A stretch of DNA of 64,000 nucleotides, taken from a virus. The translations under genes and the position numbers were made by a program. The notes below the pieces were generated by a model. The model had not been told where the DNA came from. It saw only the letters and a program-made list of their open reading frames with translations, and made no database searches. The DNA lies in IMG/VR virus record IMGVR_UViG_3300044630_001234; one strand, 5' to 3'. Shown one piece after another: positions 54,787-64,000 of the stretch (position 1 is the stretch's first letter; every line of letters begins with the position of its first letter).

Positions 54787-57700
54787 TTATGATCCTATTG
54801 CTAATATATACGGTGTCAGAACTGCGAACAAACTCTTAGTGAACGTTCTTCCGGAGATCGTTCCTAAATTTCTATTTATGGTTAAATCATTACCAATTCG
54901 GAAATCTCCGCGTTGGTCAGTGCCTGTGAAATAAACTTTACCACCGTTAATTTCTACTGCTTGATTAGCACTAATGGGTTCGCCACCAAGACTAGGCAAT
55001 GACGCATTAATATTAACCCCTGCGCCAATCCATTCAAATGAATGTCCTGATGATGTAATCAAACTGTATTGATGGAAGGTTACCACAGTATTGTCATTGA
55101 TTATGCTCGGTACAAATTCTTCTACTGTAACAGTACTAGAATATCCATTTTCAACAATGCTGGCAACGATGTCTACAAGAGCCTGTGCTATAGCAGATTG
55201 TGTAGATGTAGCAGCAGTAGAGGTGGTACTTTGCGGTACCACAAGTTGTTGCGTTGGGCTTATGACATTATTAACAAGGCAGTCATCTATGATTGTTTTA
55301 ATAAAATAGTAGGCTGCCACTGTTGCAGGTTTTGTATTTGCAGGAATTGTAAGCACCGCACCATTATAGTAGGCATCGGCAGCGTTGGCAGTTTGGCTGT
55401 TACCCCCATATAATACATCGTAGGTCACAGCATCTATAATATATCCTACATCTCGTTTGCAAGTAGAGGTACTGTATACCAGTCCCACAAAACTAGTATT
55501 AACGTATGCTATTGTTTCAGCTTGAATAAAACTTCTATTTGCTAATAATAGATTAAACGCATTGTTAACTGTAGTGCTAGTATTAGCAGTAAGATTAATA
55601 GGAGTCCGAGTAGGTGCTACACTAGGTCCAGTATTAATTATATCAGTGATCGTAGTTATCAAACTATTAACTAATCCAATCTCTGTTGATCCTGCCGTTC
55701 CTGTAGTTATTGCCTGAGCAACTGATGTTTGATATCGATTTGTAACAGTGGTACCTGTAATAATCTTAGCCGAAATATCTTTGATAAAATTATATGCCGC
55801 AGTAGTTTGCGGTATCTCATTTCTTATTTCAGAACTACTTGCATTATATCCATAGTAATATACACCACTCATAATGCTTTGCCTATTGCCGCCATGTAAT
55901 AGGTCAAATGCCACTGAGTCAATAATATATCCTAGATCTCGATAGCAGGTTGCAGTGTTATAACTAAATCCAGGATTATTAGCGTTGATCCAATCTATTG
56001 TATCAGTTTGTATACTTGCTTTATTAGCCAGTATCGCATTATATGCCAATACAATACCGGCATCGGTGCTAACAAAACCGTTAGGCTCTACACGATTACT
56101 AACATCACCGGCACCATTGTTAATAATATCTAGTATTATATCAAAGTGATTAGTCACCGTAGTTGATGCTGTTAAGCCGCCTGCTGTAAATGATATAGTG
56201 CCCGCTAATCCCCTTGCATGAATTATTGCGTTAGTAGTTGTTGTTAATTGTTCAAAAATATTTCCAGTATAATTGCCCTGGCTCCAGTATTGTAATCCTG
56301 CAAACGTGCTCTGACTAGTGCCTCCGTACAAAATATCAAATGCTAGAGAATCAACAATAAATCCAGTATCTCTGTAACACGATGTTGTATTATAAGTAAA
56401 ATTACTGATATATGCCACTGTTTCTTCAGCAATAAAATTTTTATTATTTTGAAGAATAAGGCTGGCATTTACTGTAGCTGTAGTCGCACCAGTTGGAGGA
56501 GTAAACAATAACGCAGGTACTACACTTAACCCTGTTTGTAAGATGTTTAAAAATACGGTAAACAATCCGACAACTCTAGAATACGGATCAGATGGACCAT
56601 TAATCAATAATGCAAGTACCTTAGTTCTTAAGAAATTTACAGCACTTATTGTTTGAGTTTTCTGAGCTGTAAATATTGTTAAAGTTTCTCTGTAGTAACT
56701 AGCAGCTTCATCAATGGTTCTATAATTAGTGTTTAGTACCATGTCGTAGGCTATTGAATCTAAAATATCTCCAACGTTTCTACTAAAATTAAATTGATTA
56801 TAATCAAATCCCGGAAATTCTTCTAATACGTGTTTAATTGTTTCAATCTGTAATTTAGTTTTTTCATCAAGGATAGTCTGTCTTGCATTTCTGTATGTTG
56901 CAGATTCGGCAGTTAGACTAGGATATGTTATGTCAGTATTACCAGTCTTAAATGCTGTACTTGCACTAATAGTATAGTAATCACCATCACCAAAACTTAC
57001 TGCATCACCAATTCCAGGTTTTTGAGTTAAATTGTCAATTACAAATTCGAGACCGTTTGTTGCTCCGTTGACTTTACCTGAATAATTTGCAGAACTTACT
57101 CCGTCTGCATAAAGAGCATAATTACCAAAGCTACTATTGCTGTTAGTAATAGAACAATTACCACCAGACTCACATAAGAAACCTTTGTCACAACAGATAG
57201 TAAACACAGAAACTAGCTGTGTATATCCACCATTGAGCATGTGTACACCGATACCACCTTGATTGTACTGTGTATACGCATCAACCACCATAGATTTTGT
57301 ACCCAGTGCGTGACTTCCATCTACACGCATACCAGTTCCGTTGCTGGTCATTGATGTACAGTTTTGTACGTAAGGGCTGGTTGAAATAACACCAGCACTA
57401 CCATCTGGATTAAACGCTACAGCAGCAGCTGGACTCACATGGTCCTTGAATGTCATATGTGCTAGATAACATCCGTTATTAACGTAGAATAAATCTTGAG
57501 TAACATTCTGAGGTCTAACTATTACAGATCTTAGATTATCTCCTACAACAGATACAAAATCTGGAACAGTCATAGGATTATTTTCTATATAATCTCCGCT
57601 CTTAACAAAAATAGTAGTGCCACGTGTAGCTATTGCTAACGCAGCCCGAATAGTAAGTTTACTTAAATTTAAACTAGTACCCGAGTTACTGTCGTTACCA

Positions 57701-57939
57701 CTTTCACTGACATATAAAACATTGCTAACAGCCATGTTACCGATACTACCAGCATATCCAGTACTACCCGCAAAGCCTCTTAGGCCGCCATAATCTAATT
57801 CGGTCCAGGTGTCAACACCGTTGCCAATTTTAAAAAGATCGGTATCTGTTTCGATACCCATTTCCGCGACAGCTAAAACGGGGTCAACAGTTGCCCATTC
57901 GTTTGCAGTACCACGTCTAAATTGAATTTGAACAGCCAT
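54787..57939 (-). CDS. large tail-fibre-like protein (1050 aa) with the N-terminal 'QxRRG' module
   Basis: N-terminus MAVQIQFRRGTANEWATVDPVLAVAEMGIETDTDLFKIGNG matches the start of the 588-aa protein. Followed by a beta-helix-like region and repeated ~90-aa C-terminal units (CYRDxGxIxDSxAxDxLxGG repeated four times). Confidence 0.65.
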   Translation of the reverse strand: MAVQIQFRRGTANEWATVDPVLAVAEMGIETDTDLFKIGNGVDTWTELDYGGLRGFAGSTGYAGSIGNMAVSNVLYVSESGNDSNSGTSLNLSKLTIRAALAIATRGTTIFVKSGDYIENNPMTVPDFVSVVGDNLRSVIVRPQNVTQDLFYVNNGCYLAHMTFKDHVSPAAAVAFNPDGSAGVISTSPYVQNCTSMTSNGTGMRVDGSHALGTKSMVVDAYTQYNQGGIGVHMLNGGYTQLVSVFTICCDKGFLCESGGNCSITNSNSSFGNYALYADGVSSANYSGKVNGATNGLEFVIDNLTQKPGIGDAVSFGDGDYYTISASTAFKTGNTDITYPSLTAESATYRNARQTILDEKTKLQIETIKHVLEEFPGFDYNQFNFSRNVGDILDSIAYDMVLNTNYRTIDEAASYYRETLTIFTAQKTQTISAVNFLRTKVLALLINGPSDPYSRVVGLFTVFLNILQTGLSVVPALLFTPPTGATTATVNASLILQNNKNFIAEETVAYISNFTYNTTSCYRDTGFIVDSLAFDILYGGTSQSTFAGLQYWSQGNYTGNIFEQLTTTTNAIIHARGLAGTISFTAGGLTASTTVTNHFDIILDIINNGAGDVSNRVEPNGFVSTDAGIVLAYNAILANKASIQTDTIDWINANNPGFSYNTATCYRDLGYIIDSVAFDLLHGGNRQSIMSGVYYYGYNASSSEIRNEIPQTTAAYNFIKDISAKIITGTTVTNRYQTSVAQAITTGTAGSTEIGLVNSLITTITDIINTGPSVAPTRTPINLTANTSTTVNNAFNLLLANRSFIQAETIAYVNTSFVGLVYSTSTCKRDVGYIIDAVTYDVLYGGNSQTANAADAYYNGAVLTIPANTKPATVAAYYFIKTIIDDCLVNNVISPTQQLVVPQSTTSTAATSTQSAIAQALVDIVASIVENGYSSTVTVEEFVPSIINDNTVVTFHQYSLITSSGHSFEWIGAGVNINASLPSLGGEPISANQAVEINGGKVYFTGTDQRGDFRIGNDLTINRNLGTISGRTFTKSLFAVLTPYILAIGS

Positions 57940-57965
57940 GTTTAAGTATCTTCTTTATCTCATAT

Positions 57966-60900
57966 TTATATGACTACGCCGCCACCGTCTATTGGCTCAA
58001 TTCCACCGTAAATAGTGTTGGGAATTCCGCCATCTAAATTAGGACTGCCTCCCGAGCCACCGCTACCTCCCCCACTTCCGGAAAAGCCTGCGCCCGCACT
58101 ACCTGTATAACCACGAATTTGACCCACATCTAACCAAGTAGGATTTATCCAAACGTGTAAGTGGCCGTCATTTGATGTTAGATATCCGTCTCCTGTTGTT
58201 CCATTATATGGATTTGGAAGTCCTGCGGCCGACCCTACAAACCCAACAATATTTAATCCGTTACCAGGAGCACCTTGACTACCTGTAAATCCCGAACCTG
58301 CCGAGCCTGTATAACCCTGCGGAATACTGAAATTTAATACCGCATCGTATTCAGTGCCTGTGTTAGTTACTGTAGGGATTGAACCAGCGGTTCCAGTTGT
58401 TACAACACCAATTGTAATTGTAGAAGTACTACCACGACTACCTGCATAGCCTAATGCGGCTGCTTCACCTGGAATACCTTGACTACCTGTAAAACCTGTA
58501 GCACCTAGAGGTCCTACACTACCCGAATATCCTAAACTTCCTGAATATCCTAAACTACCACTAAAACCTATAGGTCCTCTAGACCCTGTGTATCCTATAA
58601 TACCCTGGAAGCCTTGTTGTCCTGCTGAACCTGTAAAACCTATAAAACCTTGTTCGCCTACAAAGCCAGTATCACCTTTACTACCTGTAAATCCAGTACT
58701 GCCGTCATATCCCTGGCTACCAGTAAAACCTATACTACCTGCAAATCCTCGACTTCCAGTGTAACCTTCACTACCTGCAAATCCAGAAAACCCTCGACTA
58801 CCAGTAAAGCCCGTAATACCAAAGCTACCCGTATAACCCGTTGATCCAAAGCTACCAGTAAAGCCTGTAACACCCTGAGATCCAACGTAGCCAGTATCCC
58901 CCTGACTACCAGTATAACCAATGACTCCCTGTGATCCAGTAAAGCCAATAACACCCTGACTGCCAGTAAATCCAACAGCACCTCTGCTACCTGCATAGCC
59001 TCTATCACCCTGGTCACCTGTTCTAGCAAAGGTAACAACAACAGTCATTCCATCTGTGAATGTACCCGATCCTGACAGATATGAAACAGGTACATGGAAA
59101 TGATTAGCTGATGGTATGCCTTCTTCAGTGTGAGATCCTGTTATAGCAAATAGGGCAAAATTACTAGGATCTGCTTTTTCTGCTATTGAGAAGTGACCTT
59201 TGATCTGCGAAGTAGAATCATCTATGGTCTGCAGATATGTATAAATTGATTCGCCTAGCTTATCATTAAAATTAATGTAGGCTACTGTAGTGCTTCCAGA
59301 AAAAGTTAACGTATCAAATTCAATCTCACCACCTAGTGGATCTGTGCCTATTACATCGGTGCTATACAGGAACTCAAAGGCTGCTCCACCGAATCCACCT
59401 TGTTCGCCCTTGCTACCAGTATATCCTAATACGCCTTGGCTACCTGTGTAACCTATGTCACCTTGTGATCCGGTATAACCTATTTCACCTTGACTGCCTG
59501 TGAAACCTATATCGCCTTTGCTACCTGTATATCCTAAACTACCAGTAAATCCAATATTACCCTGTGATCCAGTATAACCTATATCACCTTTACTACCAGT
59601 GTATCCAGCAAAACCTTCCGAACCAGCATCACCTTTCTCACCTTGACTACCAGTGTAACCCTGACTACCTGAGTAACCTTGGCTACCAGAATAGCCTTGG
59701 CTACCAGAATAGCCTTGACTTCCTGTCCATCCTTGAATACCCTGAATGCCTTGATCACCTTTGTCGCCTTTACTGCCAGTGTATCCTATATCACCTCGAC
59801 TACCAGCATACCCTTTTTTGTCTTGTATATTAATATAGCCGATCATTCCGCTATGGAATACACATTGATATACTATTTGATCCGGAGCATCATATGGTAC
59901 CCTATATGAAACAAGTATGTTTGTTGCATAATTTCCCGTGGACGGATTATTATTTTCCATTCCGGGCAAGTTATTAGTGTTTCCACTAGCGTATCTAAAT
60001 GCCAACGGATGTGAGCTAGTTATATTTTGTAAATCAAAGTATACTAAGTCACCTCTTACTATTGTAAGTGTAGGGTAATTACTAGAAAATCCGTCTACAG
60101 TGTAATTAAATGCTCCTGCAGGATTATTCATTATGAATAATTGACCGCCTTGGCTACCAACATAACCAACACTGCCTGTATATCCTTGACTACCTGAGTA
60201 ACCTATACTACCTGTGAATCCTAATCCGCCACGACTACCTGTAAATCCAAAACTTCCTATGAATCCGGTGTCACCTCGAGATCCTGTAAATCCTCGTGAA
60301 CCAGTAAAACCTAATGCTCCAGCTGCACCAGCAGTTCCTTGACTACCAGTGTAACCACGGCTACCACTAAAACCTGTAGCACCTTGGTCGCCTGTGTTAC
60401 CTGCACTACCTTGACTGCCCGCATAACCAGAACTACCTACAAATCCTGTTTCGCCCCGACTACCACTGTATCCAATTTCACCTTGACTACCTGTATAGCC
60501 GCCTGGATCACCTTGTGGACCTATACTACCTGTATAACCAACGCTACCAGTATAACCCAAGGCAGCGAATGCACCTGGAATACCTGCACTTCCAACAAAG
60601 CCTGTAAGACCTCGACTACCATTATAGCCCGCACTACCTGTAAAACCTGTAATACCTGCACTGCCAAGAAAACCTCTACTACCTGTAAAGCCTGGTGGAA
60701 CATCGGCGGAGATTGTTAGTTGTTTAGGAGCGGTGCCTGTATTGGTTGCTAATATAATATTGTTACCAGCAACTAATTTAATTGTATCTAGGCCTTGCGC
60801 TACTAATGTTTCTTGTCCATCTACTTCCCAATACTTGAAAGTAGAATTCATTCCGATCTTAACTGCACCTGCGCCTAGATCGGTGACATCAAATCCTGCA

Positions 60901-63900
60901 TCACTGTCGAATCTAATAGTGTCAATGTTTGTAATTACATTAGAAACTGTAGTAGCATCTATTAAACTAACAGTTAGTTTAGAGGAGCTACCTGTGTAAC
61001 CTGTCTCGCCTGGTGCGCCAGCACTACCAGTAAATCCTGCGCCTGCGGAGCCAGTAAATCCAGCTCCGGCACTACCTGTATAACCTATAGCTGCGGCTTC
61101 ACCAGGAAGACCTTGACTACCTGTAAAACCAGTATCACCACCGGATCCAGTGTAACCTGTATCACCATACGAACCTGCATAGCCAACTGAGCCTGTAAAT
61201 CCAGTAAAACCTGTAAGACCTCGACTACCAGCATAACCAACTGGTCCTTGGTCACCTTGGCTACCTGCATAACCTTCACTGCCGGTATAGCCCAGACTAC
61301 CAGTAAATCCTCTTGATCCAGAATAACCAACATCACCTCGACTACCTGTATAACCTAAGGCTGCAAATGCACCTGGGATACCTTGGCTTCCAACAAAACC
61401 AGTATCGCCTTTATCGCCTTTGTCGCCCTTACTACCTTGGAATCCGGTGTCACCTTTTGATCCAACAAATCCTGTAAATCCAGTATCACCTTTGCTACCA
61501 GTAAAGCCAACAACACCTTGGCTACCAACAAAACCTGTATCGCCTTTATCACCTTTACTACCAGTATATCCTAAACTGCCAGTAAAGCCAACAATGCCCT
61601 GTGAACCAGTATAACCCAAGGCAGCATATTCACCTGCAATACCTTGACTACCGGTATAACCTAGACTACCTGTATAACCAAGATCGCCTCGACTACCTAA
61701 GAAGCCCTGATCGCCTTTGTCACCTTGACTACCAGTGTAACCAATACTACCTGTATATCCTAAATCGCCTCGACTACCTTGGAATCCTCTTTCACCTTGG
61801 ATACCCTGACTACCTGTAAAGCCAAAATCACCCTGTGTACCTTGGATACCTTGGAAACCACGACTACCAGTAAAGCCAGTTTCGCCTTGACTACCTGCGA
61901 ATCCTAGGCTACCAGTAAAGCCAATAACACCCTGGCTACCTGTGTAACCTATGTCGCCTTGACTACCTGAATAACCTATTACACCTTGGCTTCCTGTGAA
62001 ACCTTGTTCGCCTTGAATACCCTGTTCACCCTGAACACCTTGTGATCCAGTATAGCCGCCTGCAGGTCCCGCTGGGCCTTCATCTCCTTTACTACCAGTG
62101 AATCCAGTATCACCCTGGAAACCTTGATCACCTTGTGTACCTAAGCTACCAGTGTAGCCTAATTCACCTATCTCGCCTTGATCACCTCGATCACCTTTAC
62201 TGCCAGTATATCCACGTGACCCTACAAAACCTAGAGCACCTGTGTCACCTTGGAAACCTCTACTACCAACAAACCCAGTGCTACCTACAAATCCCGAGAA
62301 TCCTCTTGATCCAGTAAAGCCAACATCACCTCTTGATCCTACAAACCCAACAAGGCCTCTACTACCTGTGTAGCCTTTGCCTTCTGTGAATAAAATGTAT
62401 CCATAGTTGTTGGGATTTACAATACTTTGATAGACTATGTAGTCTTGTATTAGAATAGGAATTTCTATGTATATTACTATACCGCTTATAGTTTCCTGAG
62501 AACCTGAAGGAAATCCAGGAACTATGTCTGTATCATTGCCCGGTTCTGTCCTAAAAGCAACTGCGTCACCACCAGTTATTGCAGTTAAGTCAAGATAATA
62601 ACTCTGGCCTCTAATGAATGTCAGTGTTGGATTTAATTCAGCGAATCCTGTTACGTTAAAATTAGCATTAACTGACATGAATTGGTATCGAGTGCCGCCT
62701 TGGCTACCACTGTAGCCAATGCTACCTGTAAATCCCTGAATACCTTGGCTACCAACAAAACCAGTACTGCCTGTAAATCCGGTGCTACCTGTATATCCCT
62801 GGCTTCCAGTGTAACCTTGGTCACCTTTGCTACCGGAGTAACCAAAGTCACCTTTGCTACCGGAGTAACCAAAGTCACCTTTGCTACCGGAGTAACCACT
62901 ATCTCCTTGGCTTCCTGTAAAACCAATAGCGTCATAAGCACCACGACTACCACTAAAACCAATAACACCTTGTGAGCCAGTAAATCCAGTTGATCCACTA
63001 TATCCAATTGAGCCAACAAAGCCCGCTGACCCTGTGTACCCTTGGCTTCCAGTAAATCCCTCACTACCTGAGTAACCTTCTGAACCAGTGAAACCTTCTG
63101 AACCAGTAAAACCTTTACTTCCTGAGTAGCCGCGACTACCAGTGTAACCCAACTCACCTTGTGAGCCGTCATACCCAGTTACACCAGCACTACCAGTATA
63201 ACCAACACTACCAGTATAGGCCCTGCTACCTGTAAAACCTGCAATACCCTGACTACCTACAAAGCCCGTACTACCTAAGAAACCTTGACTACCTGTATAA
63301 CCTTGACTACCTGTATATCCAAAATCACCTGCACTACCTACAAATCCAGTGTCGCCACGAGATCCTGCAAATCCTCTTGAACCTGTAAAACCTAGACTAC
63401 CAGTGTATCCTTTGCTACCAGTGTATCCTTTTCCCTGTGTTATTGTAGGTTGAATAACAGCTATAGTAAATGCAGCACTGGCAGTTTGTGGTACCTCATC
63501 TGTGGCTATAACAGTATATTCTGTAGCAGTAGTAACTGCTGTAGGTGTGCCTGTTATTTCACCAGTAACCGTGCTGAAAACTAATCCTGCAGGTAATTGA
63601 GTTGGTGATATAGCATAGGTGATAGTTCCAAAGCCGCCGCTAGCACTAATAGGTGTGAACTCAGTAGGAGTACTGATATCTAAACTGTATGCATTGTTGA
63701 CTGCTGTGACAATTAATGGGTCAGGAATAAAATCATTAACAGTTAAATCAAATGTACCTGTTTTACTATTACCATAAGCGTCAGTAGCGGTAACTGTGTA
63801 CACATCAGTTGTGGCAACAGCGGTAGGAGTCCCAGAAATTTCACCGTTACTTGGATTAAAAGTCAATCCACTGGGTAGTGCAGGACTTAACAAATAGGCT

Positions 63901-64000
63901 ATTTGATCACCTGTGGCAGTTACTGGCCTTACTGGACTTATAGCACTGTATTTGATAAAAATCAGTGTAAGATTATTAACTGTTAAAACAACAGGACGAG
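57966..64000 (-). CDS. giant collagen-like repeat protein, partial (>2000 aa; N-terminus beyond the right edge)
   Basis: The reading frame stays open from 63893 to the window end (...RPVVLTVNNLTLIFIKYSAISPVRPVTATGDQIAYLLSPALPSG), so the 63893 start given by the track is not the true start. Hundreds of Gly-X-Y triplets (GYTGSKGYTGSLGFTGSRG...) are interrupted by beta-sandwich inserts, with Ig-like domains at the N-terminus. Confidence 0.75.
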   Translation of the reverse strand, partial: RPVVLTVNNLTLIFIKYSAISPVRPVTATGDQIAYLLSPALPSGLTFNPSNGEISGTPTAVATTDVYTVTATDAYGNSKTGTFDLTVNDFIPDPLIVTAVNNAYSLDISTPTEFTPISASGGFGTITYAISPTQLPAGLVFSTVTGEITGTPTAVTTATEYTVIATDEVPQTASAAFTIAVIQPTITQGKGYTGSKGYTGSLGFTGSRGFAGSRGDTGFVGSAGDFGYTGSQGYTGSQGFLGSTGFVGSQGIAGFTGSRAYTGSVGYTGSAGVTGYDGSQGELGYTGSRGYSGSKGFTGSEGFTGSEGYSGSEGFTGSQGYTGSAGFVGSIGYSGSTGFTGSQGVIGFSGSRGAYDAIGFTGSQGDSGYSGSKGDFGYSGSKGDFGYSGSKGDQGYTGSQGYTGSTGFTGSTGFVGSQGIQGFTGSIGYSGSQGGTRYQFMSVNANFNVTGFAELNPTLTFIRGQSYYLDLTAITGGDAVAFRTEPGNDTDIVPGFPSGSQETISGIVIYIEIPILIQDYIVYQSIVNPNNYGYILFTEGKGYTGSRGLVGFVGSRGDVGFTGSRGFSGFVGSTGFVGSRGFQGDTGALGFVGSRGYTGSKGDRGDQGEIGELGYTGSLGTQGDQGFQGDTGFTGSKGDEGPAGPAGGYTGSQGVQGEQGIQGEQGFTGSQGVIGYSGSQGDIGYTGSQGVIGFTGSLGFAGSQGETGFTGSRGFQGIQGTQGDFGFTGSQGIQGERGFQGSRGDLGYTGSIGYTGSQGDKGDQGFLGSRGDLGYTGSLGYTGSQGIAGEYAALGYTGSQGIVGFTGSLGYTGSKGDKGDTGFVGSQGVVGFTGSKGDTGFTGFVGSKGDTGFQGSKGDKGDKGDTGFVGSQGIPGAFAALGYTGSRGDVGYSGSRGFTGSLGYTGSEGYAGSQGDQGPVGYAGSRGLTGFTGFTGSVGYAGSYGDTGYTGSGGDTGFTGSQGLPGEAAAIGYTGSAGAGFTGSAGAGFTGSAGAPGETGYTGSSSKLTVSLIDATTVSNVITNIDTIRFDSDAGFDVTDLGAGAVKIGMNSTFKYWEVDGQETLVAQGLDTIKLVAGNNIILATNTGTAPKQLTISADVPPGFTGSRGFLGSAGITGFTGSAGYNGSRGLTGFVGSAGIPGAFAALGYTGSVGYTGSIGPQGDPGGYTGSQGEIGYSGSRGETGFVGSSGYAGSQGSAGNTGDQGATGFSGSRGYTGSQGTAGAAGALGFTGSRGFTGSRGDTGFIGSFGFTGSRGGLGFTGSIGYSGSQGYTGSVGYVGSQGGQLFIMNNPAGAFNYTVDGFSSNYPTLTIVRGDLVYFDLQNITSSHPLAFRYASGNTNNLPGMENNNPSTGNYATNILVSYRVPYDAPDQIVYQCVFHSGMIGYINIQDKKGYAGSRGDIGYTGSKGDKGDQGIQGIQGWTGSQGYSGSQGYSGSQGYSGSQGYTGSQGEKGDAGSEGFAGYTGSKGDIGYTGSQGNIGFTGSLGYTGSKGDIGFTGSQGEIGYTGSQGDIGYTGSQGVLGYTGSKGEQGGFGGAAFEFLYSTDVIGTDPLGGEIEFDTLTFSGSTTVAYINFNDKLGESIYTYLQTIDDSTSQIKGHFSIAEKADPSNFALFAITGSHTEEGIPSANHFHVPVSYLSGSGTFTDGMTVVVTFARTGDQGDRGYAGSRGAVGFTGSQGVIGFTGSQGVIGYTGSQGDTGYVGSQGVTGFTGSFGSTGYTGSFGITGFTGSRGFSGFAGSEGYTGSRGFAGSIGFTGSQGYDGSTGFTGSKGDTGFVGEQGFIGFTGSAGQQGFQGIIGYTGSRGPIGFSGSLGYSGSLGYSGSVGPLGATGFTGSQGIPGEAAALGYAGSRGSTSTITIGVVTTGTAGSIPTVTNTGTEYDAVLNFSIPQGYTGSAGSGFTGSQGAPGNGLNIVGFVGSAAGLPNPYNGTTGDGYLTSNDGHLHVWINPTWLDVGQIRGYTGSAGAGFSGSGGGSGGSGGSPNLDGGIPNTIYGGIEPIDGGGVVI

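Noticed and set aside
58650-63172. Apparent short periodic repeats that could be mistaken for a CRISPR array or satellite
   Set aside because: The periodicity is 9 or 18 nt within one continuous reading frame encoding Gly-X-Y collagen triplets. There are no unique spacers and no leader. It is a coding repeat, not CRISPR.
1-64000. Interpretation as a eukaryotic giant virus (collagen-like repeats, multi-GT enzyme, DUF2828-like protein)
   Set aside because: Ubiquitous Shine-Dalgarno sites, ATGA coupled junctions, rho-independent terminators and sigma70-type promoters are all bacterial. So are tmRNA, bS21, ClpX, PstS with a Sec signal peptide, and IscU/IscA. Together these indicate a bacteriophage of a bacterial host.

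Overview
The window reads as a densely packed, almost entirely minus-strand region of a large dsDNA bacteriophage, probably a marine jumbo or myovirus-like phage. Evidence for a bacterial host is direct: Shine-Dalgarno sites before most genes, ATGA start/stop overlaps, rho-independent terminators, sigma70-like promoters on two small plus-strand islands, a tmRNA, ribosomal protein bS21 and ClpX. From left to right: (i) a tandem array of translationally coupled small paralogous genes (1-1900). (ii) A cluster of envelope and metabolic genes (2.7-9.8 kb): metallophosphoesterases, a YbaN-like membrane protein, an SPFH lipoprotein, a GT2 glycosyltransferase, an LpxH-like phosphoesterase, the phosphate-binding protein PstS and a vWA/TROVE-like protein. 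(iii) A ~570-bp ORF-free segment. (iv) A nuclease/methyltransferase cluster: DEDDh exonuclease, HNH endonuclease, a ParB-fold-like protein and an FkbM methyltransferase. (v) A translation and proteostasis module: rpsU (bS21), clpX, a circularly permuted two-piece tmRNA with tag AANDSHFALAA, iscA, iscU, a His-rich secreted protein and a cold-shock protein. (vi) A CHAP peptidase followed by a nucleotide-metabolism operon: grx, nrdB, a class II aldolase and nrdA. (vii) A long structural block (27.9-64 kb): two tail-fibre-like proteins sharing an N-terminal 'QxRRG' module, a 1122-aa four-domain glycosyltransferase/methyltransferase, a 3051-aa glycine-rich giant protein with an internal ~1.7-kb tandem duplication and a LamG-like domain, a 1014-aa fibre with 7 repeat units plus a collagen segment, and a collagen-like giant protein of more than 2000 aa that runs off the window end. 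The ORF-track coordinates include the stop codon. Where I moved a start codon (Shine-Dalgarno site, homology or signal peptide) the new position is approximate to +/-2 nt.
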